DNA of 44,191 nt from Piptocephalis cylindrospora. Lineage: Eukaryota. The DNA lies in assembly GCA_003614145.1 (NCBI GenBank), contig KZ987730.1, positions 1-44,191 of the forward strand, in the 5' to 3' direction. Position numbers and translations under genes: made by a program. The notes under the pieces were generated by a model that made no database searches, was not told the DNA's origin, and worked only from the letters and a program-made list of their open reading frames with translations. Shown here piece by piece: positions 10,595 through 22,303 of this stretch; position 1 is the first letter of the stretch; the number at the start of each line of letters is the position of its first letter.

Positions 10595-12074
10595 GTTGAA
10601 AGTGGAAATGTGTGGATTTGTTATTCAGAAATTGGGATATGAGTGATGAAGAAAGATGGTATGAGAAAGAGGGGGAAAGAGGGGGAAGAAGTCCCCCATT
10701 TATAGTGCCGAGTGAAGAGAAGATGATCACGCGAGGACTTGCACAAACAAGTGATGGCGTGGAATCGTACGATTCGGGGACGGGATGGAGTAGACCACGC
10801 CTTGGGACATGTAGGGTCGATCATGTGGACGACCCCTTCTAGGCTGTGCATGGCTCGTGTGAAACACGCCCTTATTCTTTCCTAGGGTTTTCTTTTCAAC
10901 ACTCTCCTATCGTGGGAGTCCATTGTTTTTTATATTCCCAGGCAGTAAGCAAAGCGGTACACTAGTGTGAGTGAGACAGAGAGACAGTGAAACCTGGATA
11001 TTTTACACGATCACGCGGAACGGTATGGGCATGATCAGCAGCCGTTGTCGGGGGGCAGGTTCCAGTCTGCTCATGGGAGATGTCTCATATCCTCTCATCC
11101 TTTATTCAGAGTAGCATGATGGGTCGATCATCGTCCTTATCTTATTGACTCAGCCATACCTCACTGCTGTAAGGATAATCTTCCGGTCATCCTCCTATTC
11201 AATGGGAAGGGAAACCCAACCACTCCTGGCTTTGATTAGTGCATAAGCTTACCTTGAACTCGTGAAACCATCATTTATGACTCCTTTCTCAACGTGGTTC
11301 CATCCTCCTTGGAAGGGGGGGAGGACATCTATGGTCTACACTCTCCATATCATGATGTCCTCACTATTCGCACATGCTCGAGGTGTACAGGTGTCGTATG
11401 ACTAGGGGGCCTTGAGTGGGCGTTATTGAGAGACTCTCTATTTTTGGTGTCGTTGGAGAGACCTCGTTCTCCCTCGTCTCCTCCCTCTCCAGGAGCATGG
11501 TATACAATGCCACCATGAGGGTCATGTCTAGTTTTTTTTTTCCTTTTTTCCCTTTTCCCCTTCTTTTTCCCCTTTATCCAATTTTTCCCTCTGTCCAAAT
11601 TCTCCGGGGCCCCATTCATTTATTCGACCATTTAAAAAGCCGCTCCTCCCCAATATCCCTCTCTTGGCCATGCCAATGTTCACATTCAAACCCCGCACTA
11701 CCCCCACGTTCTCCTACCCCCCTGGCCCCGATCTCTTTGGACCCTCCGAACCTTGGATGCCCTAAATGCCAGCTCTCGGGGCGGAGAATGGAACGCTGCA
11801 TCATTCTTGCCCAGCGACCCATCATTTGAATGCATCTCCCCGTGGCTGTCCGTCCATGGCAAGGGACTCCTTTAACTCGTCTAATGGCTGTGGCCCTAGC
11901 TACAGATGACATGACCTCTATTTATTCAGCCCTTCTTGGAGGAGACTTCATACCGTCCCATCCTTACCCAGCCTACTTCATCCCATCCCCGCCTGACCCA
12001 CCCAATTCATTCACAGCCAGTAGAACTAACCTCTCTCCTCCGCCATCCTCCCTTGTCTCCTCATTTGCACCCGT

Positions 12075-13531
12075 ATGCCCACCCCTTACTTCACCTCTTC
12101 GGGTAGTAATAGCTACCGGAGAAAAACTTACTCGTCTCGCCGAGCGCCGGTCATCGCGGATCCAGGGTCCTTACGTGCCTTTGACCTGTCACCCACACCG
12201 ACCGTCGGGTCCGGCGACTCCATCACCATTAGTCGCCCTCCGTCTCCGGGATCCGTCCAGCCCTTTCGTCTTCGTAGTATCCTTCCAGGTCCGGGGAGCA
12301 AGGGCTATCGATCCGCCCCCGTCTCCCGTCGCGCCTCATATTCTACAGCCGTACAACTGGACCGATTGCCTCAGAATGTCCCTACAGACAACATCCTTGC
12401 AGCTCTGATCAGTCAGGCCTTTCCCCCGGACCAACAAGATGATCTGGAGGAAGGGGAAGATGCTGATGGCGAAGGCCGGGAGAGTGGTGAAGGCTCCGGT
12501 AAGTATTACGAGTCGAAGAGGGGTAAGAAGAACCAGGCACTCATTCATTCCCTCATTTCACGGATGCAGGATCCACTTTTGTCACCCTGGTATCCGAGAC
12601 CGATGGCCAGTCTTACTACTATAATCCATCCCAGCCACTGGGGGATCGGGAGGTGTCTAGTAGTCTCATCTTCCTGGGCCGATCTGTCAAGGACCCGACC
12701 AACAAAGTGGCCATCAAACGGCTTTCCATGCCGACCGAGACACCAGGAGCAGCGACCGAGACTCAAGAGATCTTTGGTCCTCGGGGTGGAGGTGAGATAG
12801 CCGCCTTGGAACGTCTTGGATTCCTCCGGGGTAAAGGGCATGATCCGGTGTCCGATGGACCTGTCCTCATCCTAGACTGGGTGGAGGGCTTTACGCCCAA
12901 GGAACTTGTAGATGCAGGCTACGTAGCCGATGCTTGGCAGTTGCGTCGTCTGGCGGACCAAACACGTCGACAAGTCACCCGACAGATCCATCGACGAGGC
13001 CTTGTCCACAATGACATCCATCCCGGGAACATCCGCATTGACGTATGTCCCTCCCGTTCCATCTGGCAAAGGGTAAAGCGAAAGGTTTTCAGCAGCTTTT
13101 GCGAAGATCCGGGGACCACGGAGGATCTGTCTCTCTCGCGAGCTGCCTCACGTCGCTCCACTGGCTGCCATTCCCTCCCACCTCAGGAGGCCAATCTGAC
13201 TGGGTCCTCCTCCATCCGATCTACTGGGTCCACTGCGTCTTCTTTTTTCTTCCGCACAAAATCTATCTTTGGTCGGTCCACTGCCTCCTCCACCAAAAAG
13301 CAAAATGATATTTCGAGCAACGCGGGAAAAAAGTGGCGCTTTCGCATTCGCTTCCTGGACTTTGCCATGGCTCGTCTCGTTGAGGACCTAGCCCCCGGAG
13401 AAGTCCGTATCGCCCGTGCCACCGATCGGAAGCATGCCTTCGAGAGCATCTGGGATCAGCGACAACGTCTCCCCACTTTTCTCCCCTCCCGCCAGCCCGC
13501 GAGATCTTCACGTGCCTCCATGGGTTTATAG
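12075..13531 (+). CDS. Minimal/atypical protein kinase-like protein; exons 12075-12498, 12570-13531
   Basis: Intron 12499-12569 (GTAAGT..CAG) joins two ORFs in frame. Motifs VAIK, EIAALERLG, LILDWVEG, GLVHNDIHPGNI and FLDFAMA. Confidence 0.75.
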
Positions 13532-13797
13532 AAAGGGGTGATGTGTATGGAAAGGGCGGATGATGATAAAATGTGATCATTGGGATTACGTGGGATAAAT
13601 GTATATCTTTGCTGACGATGTATAGTTGGTTCATTTGGGGGATGGCTAAAACATTATATGCGCGAGGATTCGTCCTCAAGGTAATTATGGCGGTGAATAA
13701 AGGACAACTTTGATCAATACATCAAATCTTGATTCATGCTAATCTTGCTAAACTCATCACCGCCTCTACCTTCCTTCACTTTCTCCCACTCCTACAA

Positions 13798-14756
13798 ATG
13801 ACCCAGAAGGACTTGCTCTGCCCTTTGCCTGGGGTAAGCCGGCCCAAGCTATCCCTAAAATCTAATGTCCTTCTGCACCCGCGACTCCTGACCACTGCCT
13901 TGACCCAGTTTCTCCAAGCTGTGGCCCGCTGGTGGGGTCAGAGACCCGTAGTCGGATTCCTGGACACTCACCGCCGAACCCAATTACTTTACACGTCCGG
14001 GTCGACCGTAGACGTATGGAACCAAGGGAGGTATGGGGCCTTTGAGGCCTCACCGATCTATCGACTCTCTGATGTCGAGACCTTCTTCTTGGCCTGGGCC
14101 CTCAAGGTCCTCAAGGTCCAACGGTCTCTAGAGGACAGTGTAAGGAGGAGCAGAGCGGCGTCTGAGGAGCCGGATAGATTCTAAACCTTACCAACCTCCC
14201 TTATCCACTGGACACAGTCTCATTACTCCCATCCATCCCTTTGGAAAGCTCTTTCCCAGCCCTCCTCCTACCCATCAGGGGGTCCCACCTTCCAGGAGCG
14301 GTATATTGCCTATCATCATTACCGATCCTTGGGCTGGTGTGTACGTCCTGGAGCGCGATACGGATGTGATTATGGTAAGAATTTGGGATACTTGCCATGG
14401 ATCAATCCCCATCTCACCTCATCTCACCTCATACACACCCACTAGCCCTGTATCCATCCGACTTGACCCAATATCATTCATCTTACCTCGTCCTTCTCCT
14501 TCCATCTTCCGGACCCAATCGATCCTTTTGGTCCCTTCGACATATTTATACCACTTTACGTGTCACTACCCAGGTGAACAAGGTCAGTGGTGTATTATCC
14601 TTCCTTCTTCCCCTACTGACATGTGCGCCTCTACAGCAATTGATCCTGTGCTGGATCTCCTTACCCCAGGATACATCCTGTCCAGAAACCACCCTAAGCT
14701 TCTCTACCCTTTCCGATGTCCTTCTTTCCCGATGGATCCCGGAACAGGATAGGTGA
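13798..14756 (+). CDS. SEN2: tRNA-splicing endonuclease catalytic subunit Sen2; exons 13798-14139, 14218-14374, 14446-14582, 14637-14756
   Basis: The spliced product reads YIAYHHYRSLGWCVRPGARYGCDYALY...YHSSYLV...LRVTTQVNKQLILC...SRWIPEQDR. The Tyr/His/Lys triad is present and all three introns keep frame. Confidence 0.88.
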
Positions 14757-14934
14757 TTCCGAGGACGCCGTCCTCCTCACGATGGGGGCATGTCTTACAC
14801 CCAATAAGGTTCCCTCCACGCGCCCATCCATGTAAAATAGATTACCATACCTAATTCTCTCATCCCACATCATGATCATGATCAACCACGCATTCTTGCT
14901 TTATTCTGACATCCCCACCATGCAGAAATGACCC

Positions 14935-16479
14935 CTAATCCCGTCCAATCACCTTATCTACCACATCCCTTACCTCTTCCCATGTCACTTGATCGAGGTC
15001 AATGCACCGACGAGGAAGGCCCTGGAGACCCCGAACACTCTCAGGCCTCAGATCCTCCATACCCCGCCAGTCCTTGCATCCTGACAGGGCCTCGCCTACG
15101 GCCTCCTCAAATTTAGCGGGGTGGGCCGTGGAGAGGCAAATGACCTCGCCGGGCCCCCAGGCCTTCTTCCTCTCCTGAGCCACCTTACCCGCCACGGTCA
15201 CCCCGACAGCCGTGTGAGGATCCAGGACATAGGGGGAGGAGGATCCGGCAGCTTGAGTAATGTCGTGCACGCTCCGGATGGTACGGATCACTTCAGCATC
15301 CGTGGCCCTACCGCTACAAAAGGCCTTTGCTGCCTCGTGCCTCACAGTCTCTCCGGCATTAAAGCCTCCCTTGACCTTAAGGTCTTCCCACCATACGCTG
15401 ACCTGCTTGCATGCTTGCGCATTTCGCTCGGCCTCGGGAACGGCCGGGTCCACGGTCTTCCGGGCCAGGTACCAGGCCAGACGCTCAAAGTTTGAGCTAA
15501 CTGTGATATCCATGGCTGGACTATAGGAATGGTGGATAGGTCGGGTGGCGTAGTCCCCGGTACGGAAGAAGCGGTCCATGATGTCATTTTCATTTGTGGC
15601 GACGACTAGACGGATGGGTAGACCCATCTCCCGGGCGTAGAAACCAGCAAGGATATCTCCAAAGTTGCCCGTGGGCACAATCATCTCCACTTCTTTGCCC
15701 TGAACATCGGGGGTTTGCCGAAGGTTCTGAAGGTAGGCGGAGACATAGTAGGTAATTTGGGCGAGAATACGGGCCCAGTTTATCGAGTTTACCGCGGCAA
15801 TCCCCTTTTCTTTGGCCCAAGGCTGATGAGCAAAGAGGGCTTTGACGATGCTTTGACAATCATCAAAGGTGCCGTCAATGGAGATGTTGTGAACGTTAGT
15901 ATCGGGAACGGTAGTCATCTGCAGGGCCTGGACTGGGGACACACGACCGCGGGGATGGAGGATAAACACAGTGACATCGGGCTTGGAACGAAGGCCGTAG
16001 ATGGCCGCAGACCCCGTGTCTCCACTGGTGGCTCCGACAACGGTGATACGATGGCGTTTGCCGTTGGACTCGGCGACCGACGCGTTCTTCCGCGCCAGGA
16101 AATATGAAAAAAGGTTTCCGAGGAACTGAAGGGCGACGTCTTTGAAGGCCAGGGTAGGGCCGTGCCATAGCTCCAGAATCTTTTCCGGGGTTCCCGGAAG
16201 AGACACCAGTGGAGAGACCACGGAGGGATCGTCAAAGGTTGCATACGACGCCTCGACCAAGCTCTTCAAGTCCTCAGCCGGGATCTCACTGCGAGGGATG
16301 TAGAGAGAAAAGATGTGGAAAGCCAGCTGAGAAAAGGACAAATCCTTGAGGTTAGAAAGATCTCCAAGAGCTGGAATATCCTCGGGGATGTACAGGCCTC
16401 CGTCTGACGCCAGTCCCTGTAGAACGGCCTGTTCAAACGGGACATTGCGGTCACCTCCACGCGTGGATTGGTATAGCAT
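14935..16479 (-). CDS. THR4: Threonine synthase (fungal type)
   Basis: MLYQSTRG start, GLASDGGLYIP, LELWHGPTLAFKD (PLP lysine), GATSGDTG, VNSINWARI, VPTGNFGD, LDPHTAVG and STAHPAKF. Confidence 0.97.
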   Translation of the reverse strand: MLYQSTRGGDRNVPFEQAVLQGLASDGGLYIPEDIPALGDLSNLKDLSFSQLAFHIFSLYIPRSEIPAEDLKSLVEASYATFDDPSVVSPLVSLPGTPEKILELWHGPTLAFKDVALQFLGNLFSYFLARKNASVAESNGKRHRITVVGATSGDTGSAAIYGLRSKPDVTVFILHPRGRVSPVQALQMTTVPDTNVHNISIDGTFDDCQSIVKALFAHQPWAKEKGIAAVNSINWARILAQITYYVSAYLQNLRQTPDVQGKEVEMIVPTGNFGDILAGFYAREMGLPIRLVVATNENDIMDRFFRTGDYATRPIHHSYSPAMDITVSSNFERLAWYLARKTVDPAVPEAERNAQACKQVSVWWEDLKVKGGFNAGETVRHEAAKAFCSGRATDAEVIRTIRSVHDITQAAGSSSPYVLDPHTAVGVTVAGKVAQERKKAWGPGEVICLSTAHPAKFEEAVGEALSGCKDWRGMEDLRPESVRGLQGLPRRCIDLDQVTWEEVRDVVDKVIGRD

Positions 16480-17134
16480 TCTTTCTGGGGGGGAGAGAGG
16501 GGAGAGGGACGCGTATGAGTTTGATAAGGGAGGAAGAAAAAGAGGAGATAGGAGGTGGCGGTGAGAAAGGTGGGACAGGATCAAGAGCGCTGGTGTATTA
16601 TGAGAGACACATGCCTAGTGTGTAGGATTTGGGGATGATTGGTCAATGAGCCATAGTCATAGCTGGGAGAGATGAGATGTAGTGTGTGAGCATTGTAACG
16701 AGATCGTCTATCCACAGCATAAGAAGGAATATCCTAGCCTTGAGAGATAAATCTCTGCAGTGTGAGAACGTCCAGGTTGCTGAACACCTTGTCACTATTT
16801 TGATCAAGGAACACACTAGTAGTACTCCTCGATAGAAAGATGACTGGATTAGAAAGCTGTTCATGAGAATGACAATAATACCACATAACTGCTCATAAAT
16901 ACAAATCAAACGGAAAATAAATTAAACATGGAAAGAGCAAAGACAAAGAAAAGGGCAAGGGCAAGGAATAAAAGTGAAGGAGGGAAAGGAACCTCAGGAA
17001 AGGAAGAAAAAGAAAAATAGGCATTAGGTCGTTAAGAGGACAATGGTCCGGTATCAGTACTCGAGCGCGATATCGCGCACTAGGGTACACACACGTCTTA
17101 AAAGGAGATCGGTGGAAGAATAAGAGATGATATC

Positions 17135-18797
17135 TCAATGAGACTTGGAAACCTCTTCCATGCCCACAACCCCACTATCCACTGTGCGGATAGAAGAGGA
17201 GGTAGAATCCATGGCTGTGGTGCTCGAGCCGGCTGATGAGGGCTGGGAGACAGGGGGGCGACCTGAATTGACGCGTTTTTCCGTAGCATCGCGCAGGGCG
17301 TCCCGTAGCCGACGACCAGCATGTTCACGACTCGCCACCATACCCTCAATGATCCCAAGAGCATTGACGTCCGGGGTCCAGGAAAGGGATGCCTTTGCTT
17401 GGACTGCGGTAATCATGGGGCCTGGCGGGCTTCCCCGGCGCTTACTCTCCTCCTCATGTACAAGGCCCTCATCATCTTGCGGTACCGGCTTTGTCTGCTC
17501 CTCCAGGCCAAAGCGATCCCGCTCCTCGTCATCAGCCTCCGCCATCTCCGTGCACTCTCCATTGGTTAGCTCAGGGCCAATGGCCTGACGAAGTGGGATA
17601 CCAAGCTTCCCTTCGAGCTCCGTAAGAAAATCCTCCCACTCGGACCGGGGAACAAAGAGTCTCCAGGACATACGTGCTAGCATCTCCGCTTCCATCAACT
17701 CCACCTCACCCCGGGCAAACCACCGTCTCACCAATTTGGACCAGGTGCGTACCCCGAAGCTATCGTCATCGCTCCACTTATTAGCTAGGACAAGTGCAGC
17801 CAAAGCTAGACGGTGAGCCGTCCCACGACCCCCACGAATGGTGGAGGGGAGGATGAGCCGAAGGCGCTCCAGGTACAGAAGGGCCAGAGTGATGGAGCCC
17901 AAGGGCATTTCCGTGGGCGTTACCATGGATAAGAGAAAGGCATTGAGGTTAGGAAGGGCCTGGAGAGGCGGGGTAATCGGATGGGTTGGGAGAGTGGGGT
18001 TTTCGTACAGTCTAATCGCCGATTCGGCCAAAAAGTCTAGTTTAGGAAAGATCGGAGTGTGAGCAGAAGTGCTTCGGAGTTGAGATGGTCAAATGATCGA
18101 AATGGACGCGCTGTGCCCATCGGACTTGTACGCACACCCACACATGAACATCCATGTGCGTAATGCTGGGGAGAGAGGAGAGCAGAGACAGGTGATTGCA
18201 TGCAGCCAGAATAGCCCGAGTGCGTAGCCGCCTCCTGGAACAGCCTCATTTCCCTCGGCCTCCCAAGCCCTCCTTTCCTTATCAACACAACCTGAACCCC
18301 TGAAGAGAGGTGTGGTTGAGGAAAGTGAGGTAAGGACGGGATGGAGCCTTGACGACTGTGTAACCCCTTCAAACTCATAGAGAGTATTTGGAGAGACTCT
18401 TACATTCCCTGGAGGGATATGGGCAAGAACAGAAGGAGAAAAAGAGACGAATTCACTTACCAACTAAAGGTTCTAAGAGACGCTGCCTCTCCTTGGAGTC
18501 GCATGCATCGGGTCCGATAGATAGGGGGGAGGATGGGATTTTGACGGGATGGGCCTTGCGTTTTTCCGCATTCGACGTGTCATCCTTGTCTTTGCCTACG
18601 ATAGCGGCCGTGATCTCTCCCGGAAGGGTTGGAAGCAGGGGATGGTTCTTCCCATGAGCAATTTGCGCCATGGTCACTTCCTCCGTGGGGATAATTTGGG
18701 GTAGATGGGTTTCGATGGGGGTAAGGGCCGCTTGCTTTCCCCGTGGCACGAGGGCGGCCAAGGCCTTAGGAAGGGCAAAGGTGGATGATCGAGTCAT
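17135..18797 (-). CDS. Pho85-type cyclin (Pcl1/Pcl2-like); exons 18797-18461, 18036-17135
   Basis: Cyclin box LALLYLERL...TAHRLALAALVLANKWSDDDSF..WSK...EVELMEAEMLARMSWRL. A phase-1 intron 18460-18037 (GTAAGT..TAG) joins the upstream ORF in frame. Confidence 0.85.
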
Positions 18798-20408
18798 GGG
18801 GCAGGGGAAAGGAGGCAATTCAATCGTTCGAGGCTCTATCGGATGTAAAAGGCTAATGGGACAAGGGGGAACGAGAGATGGGGGATGGGGATGGGTAGGA
18901 AAGCGTGAGCAGGTGGATGGCGTCTATGGGGTCAGGAATGATAGGAGGAGAGAGAAGATAGGAAAAAAAGGGAGGATCAGCGAAGGAGGGGAAGGGAAGG
19001 GAAGGGATAGGGTGTAATGGGAGCAAGGGAAGAAGAGCCAGGAGAGGGCCGACGATGGTGCGGGAAAGGGAGATGAGGGGCCAGGAGGGAGCTATAAACG
19101 ACATAGAGCGAATAAGGGGTCTTTTTATGGATGTATTCGCGGGACATACAATAATTATCCTTTCGAGGACTTGGGAAGAGGTATGGGGTGTATGTACACG
19201 CGCATACCTCCTCCACGGTATGGGATTGTATGAGGAAAAATCCCCTTCTCAAGAACGTTCCTTGTGATCCATGTATGTTTGTGTTTGGGCATCCTCTCAC
19301 TAGGACGGTGAAACGAGGGGTGTGACCATGAGAGGGTGGAACAAGGGGAGAGGAGTGGGGGGATGGGCGGCATGGAGTCGTGGAATGATGAGGGTGCTTC
19401 CGTAGCTTAGTGAGTGCATTTCCAGGCGATGATCAGGTCCCATGGTTCCTTGACAGTGCGTGTAGAGGGAGCCCAACGTGGTGATTTTAAAGAAGCATCA
19501 CGATGTGGATAGGTGGAAAGGTATTTGAGGCGCATTGCTCATGTGAGAGGGTACAAGAGTTGTCAAGTTCAGTTGGTGGTATATTCAAGGGCATTGACAG
19601 TTCACAACCCACTCACTTTGATGCTTATGGATCCAGAGCATTTCATTTTAAAAGTCCAGGAGTTGGCCTCATAGTATATTTGCCAATTAAAGCGAGAAAG
19701 AAGCAATGTATTCATCAACCAATGGTTATCCACTGTCGACCCTGATGCCAATATTCATACCTATACACCTTATAATTCATGTCGAGCTCATCGTAGATTC
19801 ACCTACCAGATAGGGCTATCCAAGTCGTAGAAAAGGTTTGAAAAATTAGATGAGAAGTGATTGAAGTAAATGCTGAGATATGACGTATGTCTAGTGCAAG
19901 GATGCAATACAGTAAATTTTGTATCTGAGTACTGCCTTCAACTCGCCACACCTAGCTTGACCACGATGATGGCAATGCTCCTTGGGATCATCTCAGCTCT
20001 TCTCTTCAAAAAATGAGGGGAAGGGGGATTGAATGGGTTATATTGTGCGGGTATATCGGGACCGAGTGTCAACTCAGGGGTGAGAGGGCGCTGCTAAGGA
20101 TATGAGAGCTTTCCCGGCCAAGTATACTATATCTGCATCCGTGTTTGATTTATTATTTCCCTGAAACGGGAATACGAGCCACTAGGAAGAGATACATTTC
20201 ATAGCATGTAGGATGATGATGATGGGCAAAAAAAAGCTGGATCCCTATAAACCCCCTTCTCGCTAAAACATCAGTAGGCATAGACGGGCGGATGTATAAG
20301 AGTGGATGACTGTATTCCTCGCATGATAGGGACAAATAGCCTCTTCTACCTCTGCGCAAAATGAATGACAAAGGCTTGGAAACTTTCCACTGGTGAGACA
20401 AGTGATGC

Positions 20409-21578
20409 CTATTGGGTCTCAGGAGCAAGGTTTTCCTCGGTCTTGGCGGGAGCAGCTTCCTCAGCCTGGGGGACAACAGCCTCTTTACTCTGGGGGGAAG
20501 TGACATTCTCATCCTGGAGAGGAGTGGCATCCTTAGCCGCGAGCGGAAGACGAAGAGAGGCTTGGGGGCTATCAAGATCGGTGAAAGCACACACAGATAC
20601 GAGAGATCCACGGATCAGGGTAGGCTTGCAACCTCCCACGATGGTCACATCAGCCTCGGCATCCCGACGCTCCAGAATACGCGCCCTCGCTGGAATTATC
20701 TGAGCGGAAGGCTCCACCACTGGGATCAAGGGGACAAGGGAGCTGGGACGGGTGGAGATGGCCACATCTCCCGATTCGAAGGATCCAGTAAAGGAGGTAG
20801 CATCAGTCTCGGCGGGTACAGTCCTCTTCCAGTGATGGCCGTGGTGCCAATGATGATAATCAGCCTCGGCGGGTACAGTCCTCTTCCAGTGATGGCCGTG
20901 GTGTCCATGATGATAATGGTGCCCATGATGATGATGTCCCCAGTGATAATCGGCTGTAGCATTTTCGGCGCTGTCCGTGTCATTACCTTCGTCACGACGC
21001 TCAAGGCCTCGTCCACGAGACACTTGAATTTCCTTGGAGGAGCTGGAGCTACGCTGTTCTTTGCTGAAGCTAACCTCCGAAGGGCGGACATAGATGGGAC
21101 GAACGTAGATGGGACGAACATAACTGGGGCCTCTGAAGCGGTCAAAGTGCCTCTCCTCATCCCTCGTGCTATGCCCTAGGAAGCGGGATGAGCCCCCAAT
21201 GGCATCGGCATCGGCATCAGCGCTTACAGTATCAGCGCTTACGGCATCCATCTCCCCATTGAATCCCCACCCGGGACGGTGCCACCCACCTCCCCACCTA
21301 CCTCCCCACCTACCTCCCCACCTACCTCCCCATCGATGACCCCAGCCCCATCGACCTCCCCAACCCCATCGGCCTCCCCTACCCCATCTACCACCCCTCC
21401 ATCCCCATCGATCAGCCTCGGCAATGGCATCAGCGTCGGCATCTTGGACACCAGAGTTCTCCGGTGCAGCATCTGTAATGGCGGTATTATCAGCGGGAAG
21501 GGCGTGAAGGCTGGTCGCTTGGAGTAAAAGCAAAGTAGATGCAAGGATGGGAAGAGTGGTAAAAGAGCTGAGATGCAT
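20409..21578 (-). CDS. Secreted repeat-containing multi-peptide precursor (Kex2-processed repeat protein-like)
   Basis: Signal peptide, acidic DA/EA dipeptide spacers, RWGG repeats, YVRP repeats, His-rich units ending in KR, and two LERR sites. Confidence 0.75.
   Translation of the reverse strand: MHLSSFTTLPILASTLLLLQATSLHALPADNTAITDAAPENSGVQDADADAIAEADRWGWRGGRWGRGGRWGWGGRWGWGHRWGGRWGGRWGGRWGGGWHRPGWGFNGEMDAVSADTVSADADADAIGGSSRFLGHSTRDEERHFDRFRGPSYVRPIYVRPIYVRPSEVSFSKEQRSSSSSKEIQVSRGRGLERRDEGNDTDSAENATADYHWGHHHHGHHYHHGHHGHHWKRTVPAEADYHHWHHGHHWKRTVPAETDATSFTGSFESGDVAISTRPSSLVPLIPVVEPSAQIIPARARILERRDAEADVTIVGGCKPTLIRGSLVSVCAFTDLDSPQASLRLPLAAKDATPLQDENVTSPQSKEAVVPQAEEAAPAKTEENLAPETQ
20808..20903. 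repeat. Tandem coding repeat: 39 identical bp at a 57-bp period
   Basis: ctcggcgggtacagtcctcttccagtgatggccgtggtg at 20808-20846 and 20865-20903, encoding HHGHHWKRTVPAE on the minus strand. Confidence 0.95.
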
Positions 21579-22303
21579 GGTATGTTTCGATAAGGATCAA
21601 TGGTAAGGGCCAAGGGCGAGGCAGGTAGAGAAAATTCTGGTCAAGAAAGAGATGACTGGGGATGGTATGATGGTATGATGGTAATGAGGTGACTTTTGGA
21701 TATGAGTATCAAAACTTCCTTGCTTTATATTCTTTTTTCTTTAGCCATACAATATTATATTTATTTTATGCCAAGCGGCAAGGAAAGGGTATATCCATAC
21801 GTGTAAGCCGCTATCTCGTACACTCACTCATGCCCTCTTCCTCGTCAGCCTCATCCTGTAGAATGGCCAGGAATAAGCCTCTAAATGCGGTGCGCTAGGT
21901 TGACTTTAACGAATGATCTCTGCCTATTTATATTTGACATCGTGGAGCGCCCAGGCGAATAAAGCCAAATCCATTTATTTATTCTGATGAGTACGGCGAT
22001 GGAAAAACTCAGGCTTTGTGAATGATCAGCGAGATTCATGATTATGTTTCAAATGGAAATAGTGGGTGAGGTCTTCGGTTAGAGCAGCTGCATTCCAGCT
22101 TGCAGGACATACAAGTCGGACCTGTCCACATACAAATCCATGTCAATCATGTCCCGCAAGTACCACACTTAAATCAGCTTGGGTAGCGGTTAAAGACAGG
22201 CTTGCCCTGCATCTTTTGGCTCATCCCATCCTACCTTTCTAGCCTTTCCAACCCTTTCTCTTCCCCAATCAATCATCCTTCATATTACCTCCTCTTTAAA
22301 AAA

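Noticed and set aside
12499..12800. Frameshift between the 12075 and 12653 ORFs
   Set aside because: A canonical 71-nt intron at 12499-12569 explains it.
16480..16584. N-terminal extension of threonine synthase from the TTG at 16584
   Set aside because: It is a pyrimidine-rich leader; the family N-terminus begins at ATG 16479.
20412..21179. 255-aa plus-strand ORF with repeats
   Set aside because: It is antisense to the precursor gene, which has the ATG, signal peptide and processing sites.
20808..21410. CRISPR-like array
   Set aside because: The repeats have codon-multiple periods inside a eukaryotic ORF, and no cas genes are present.
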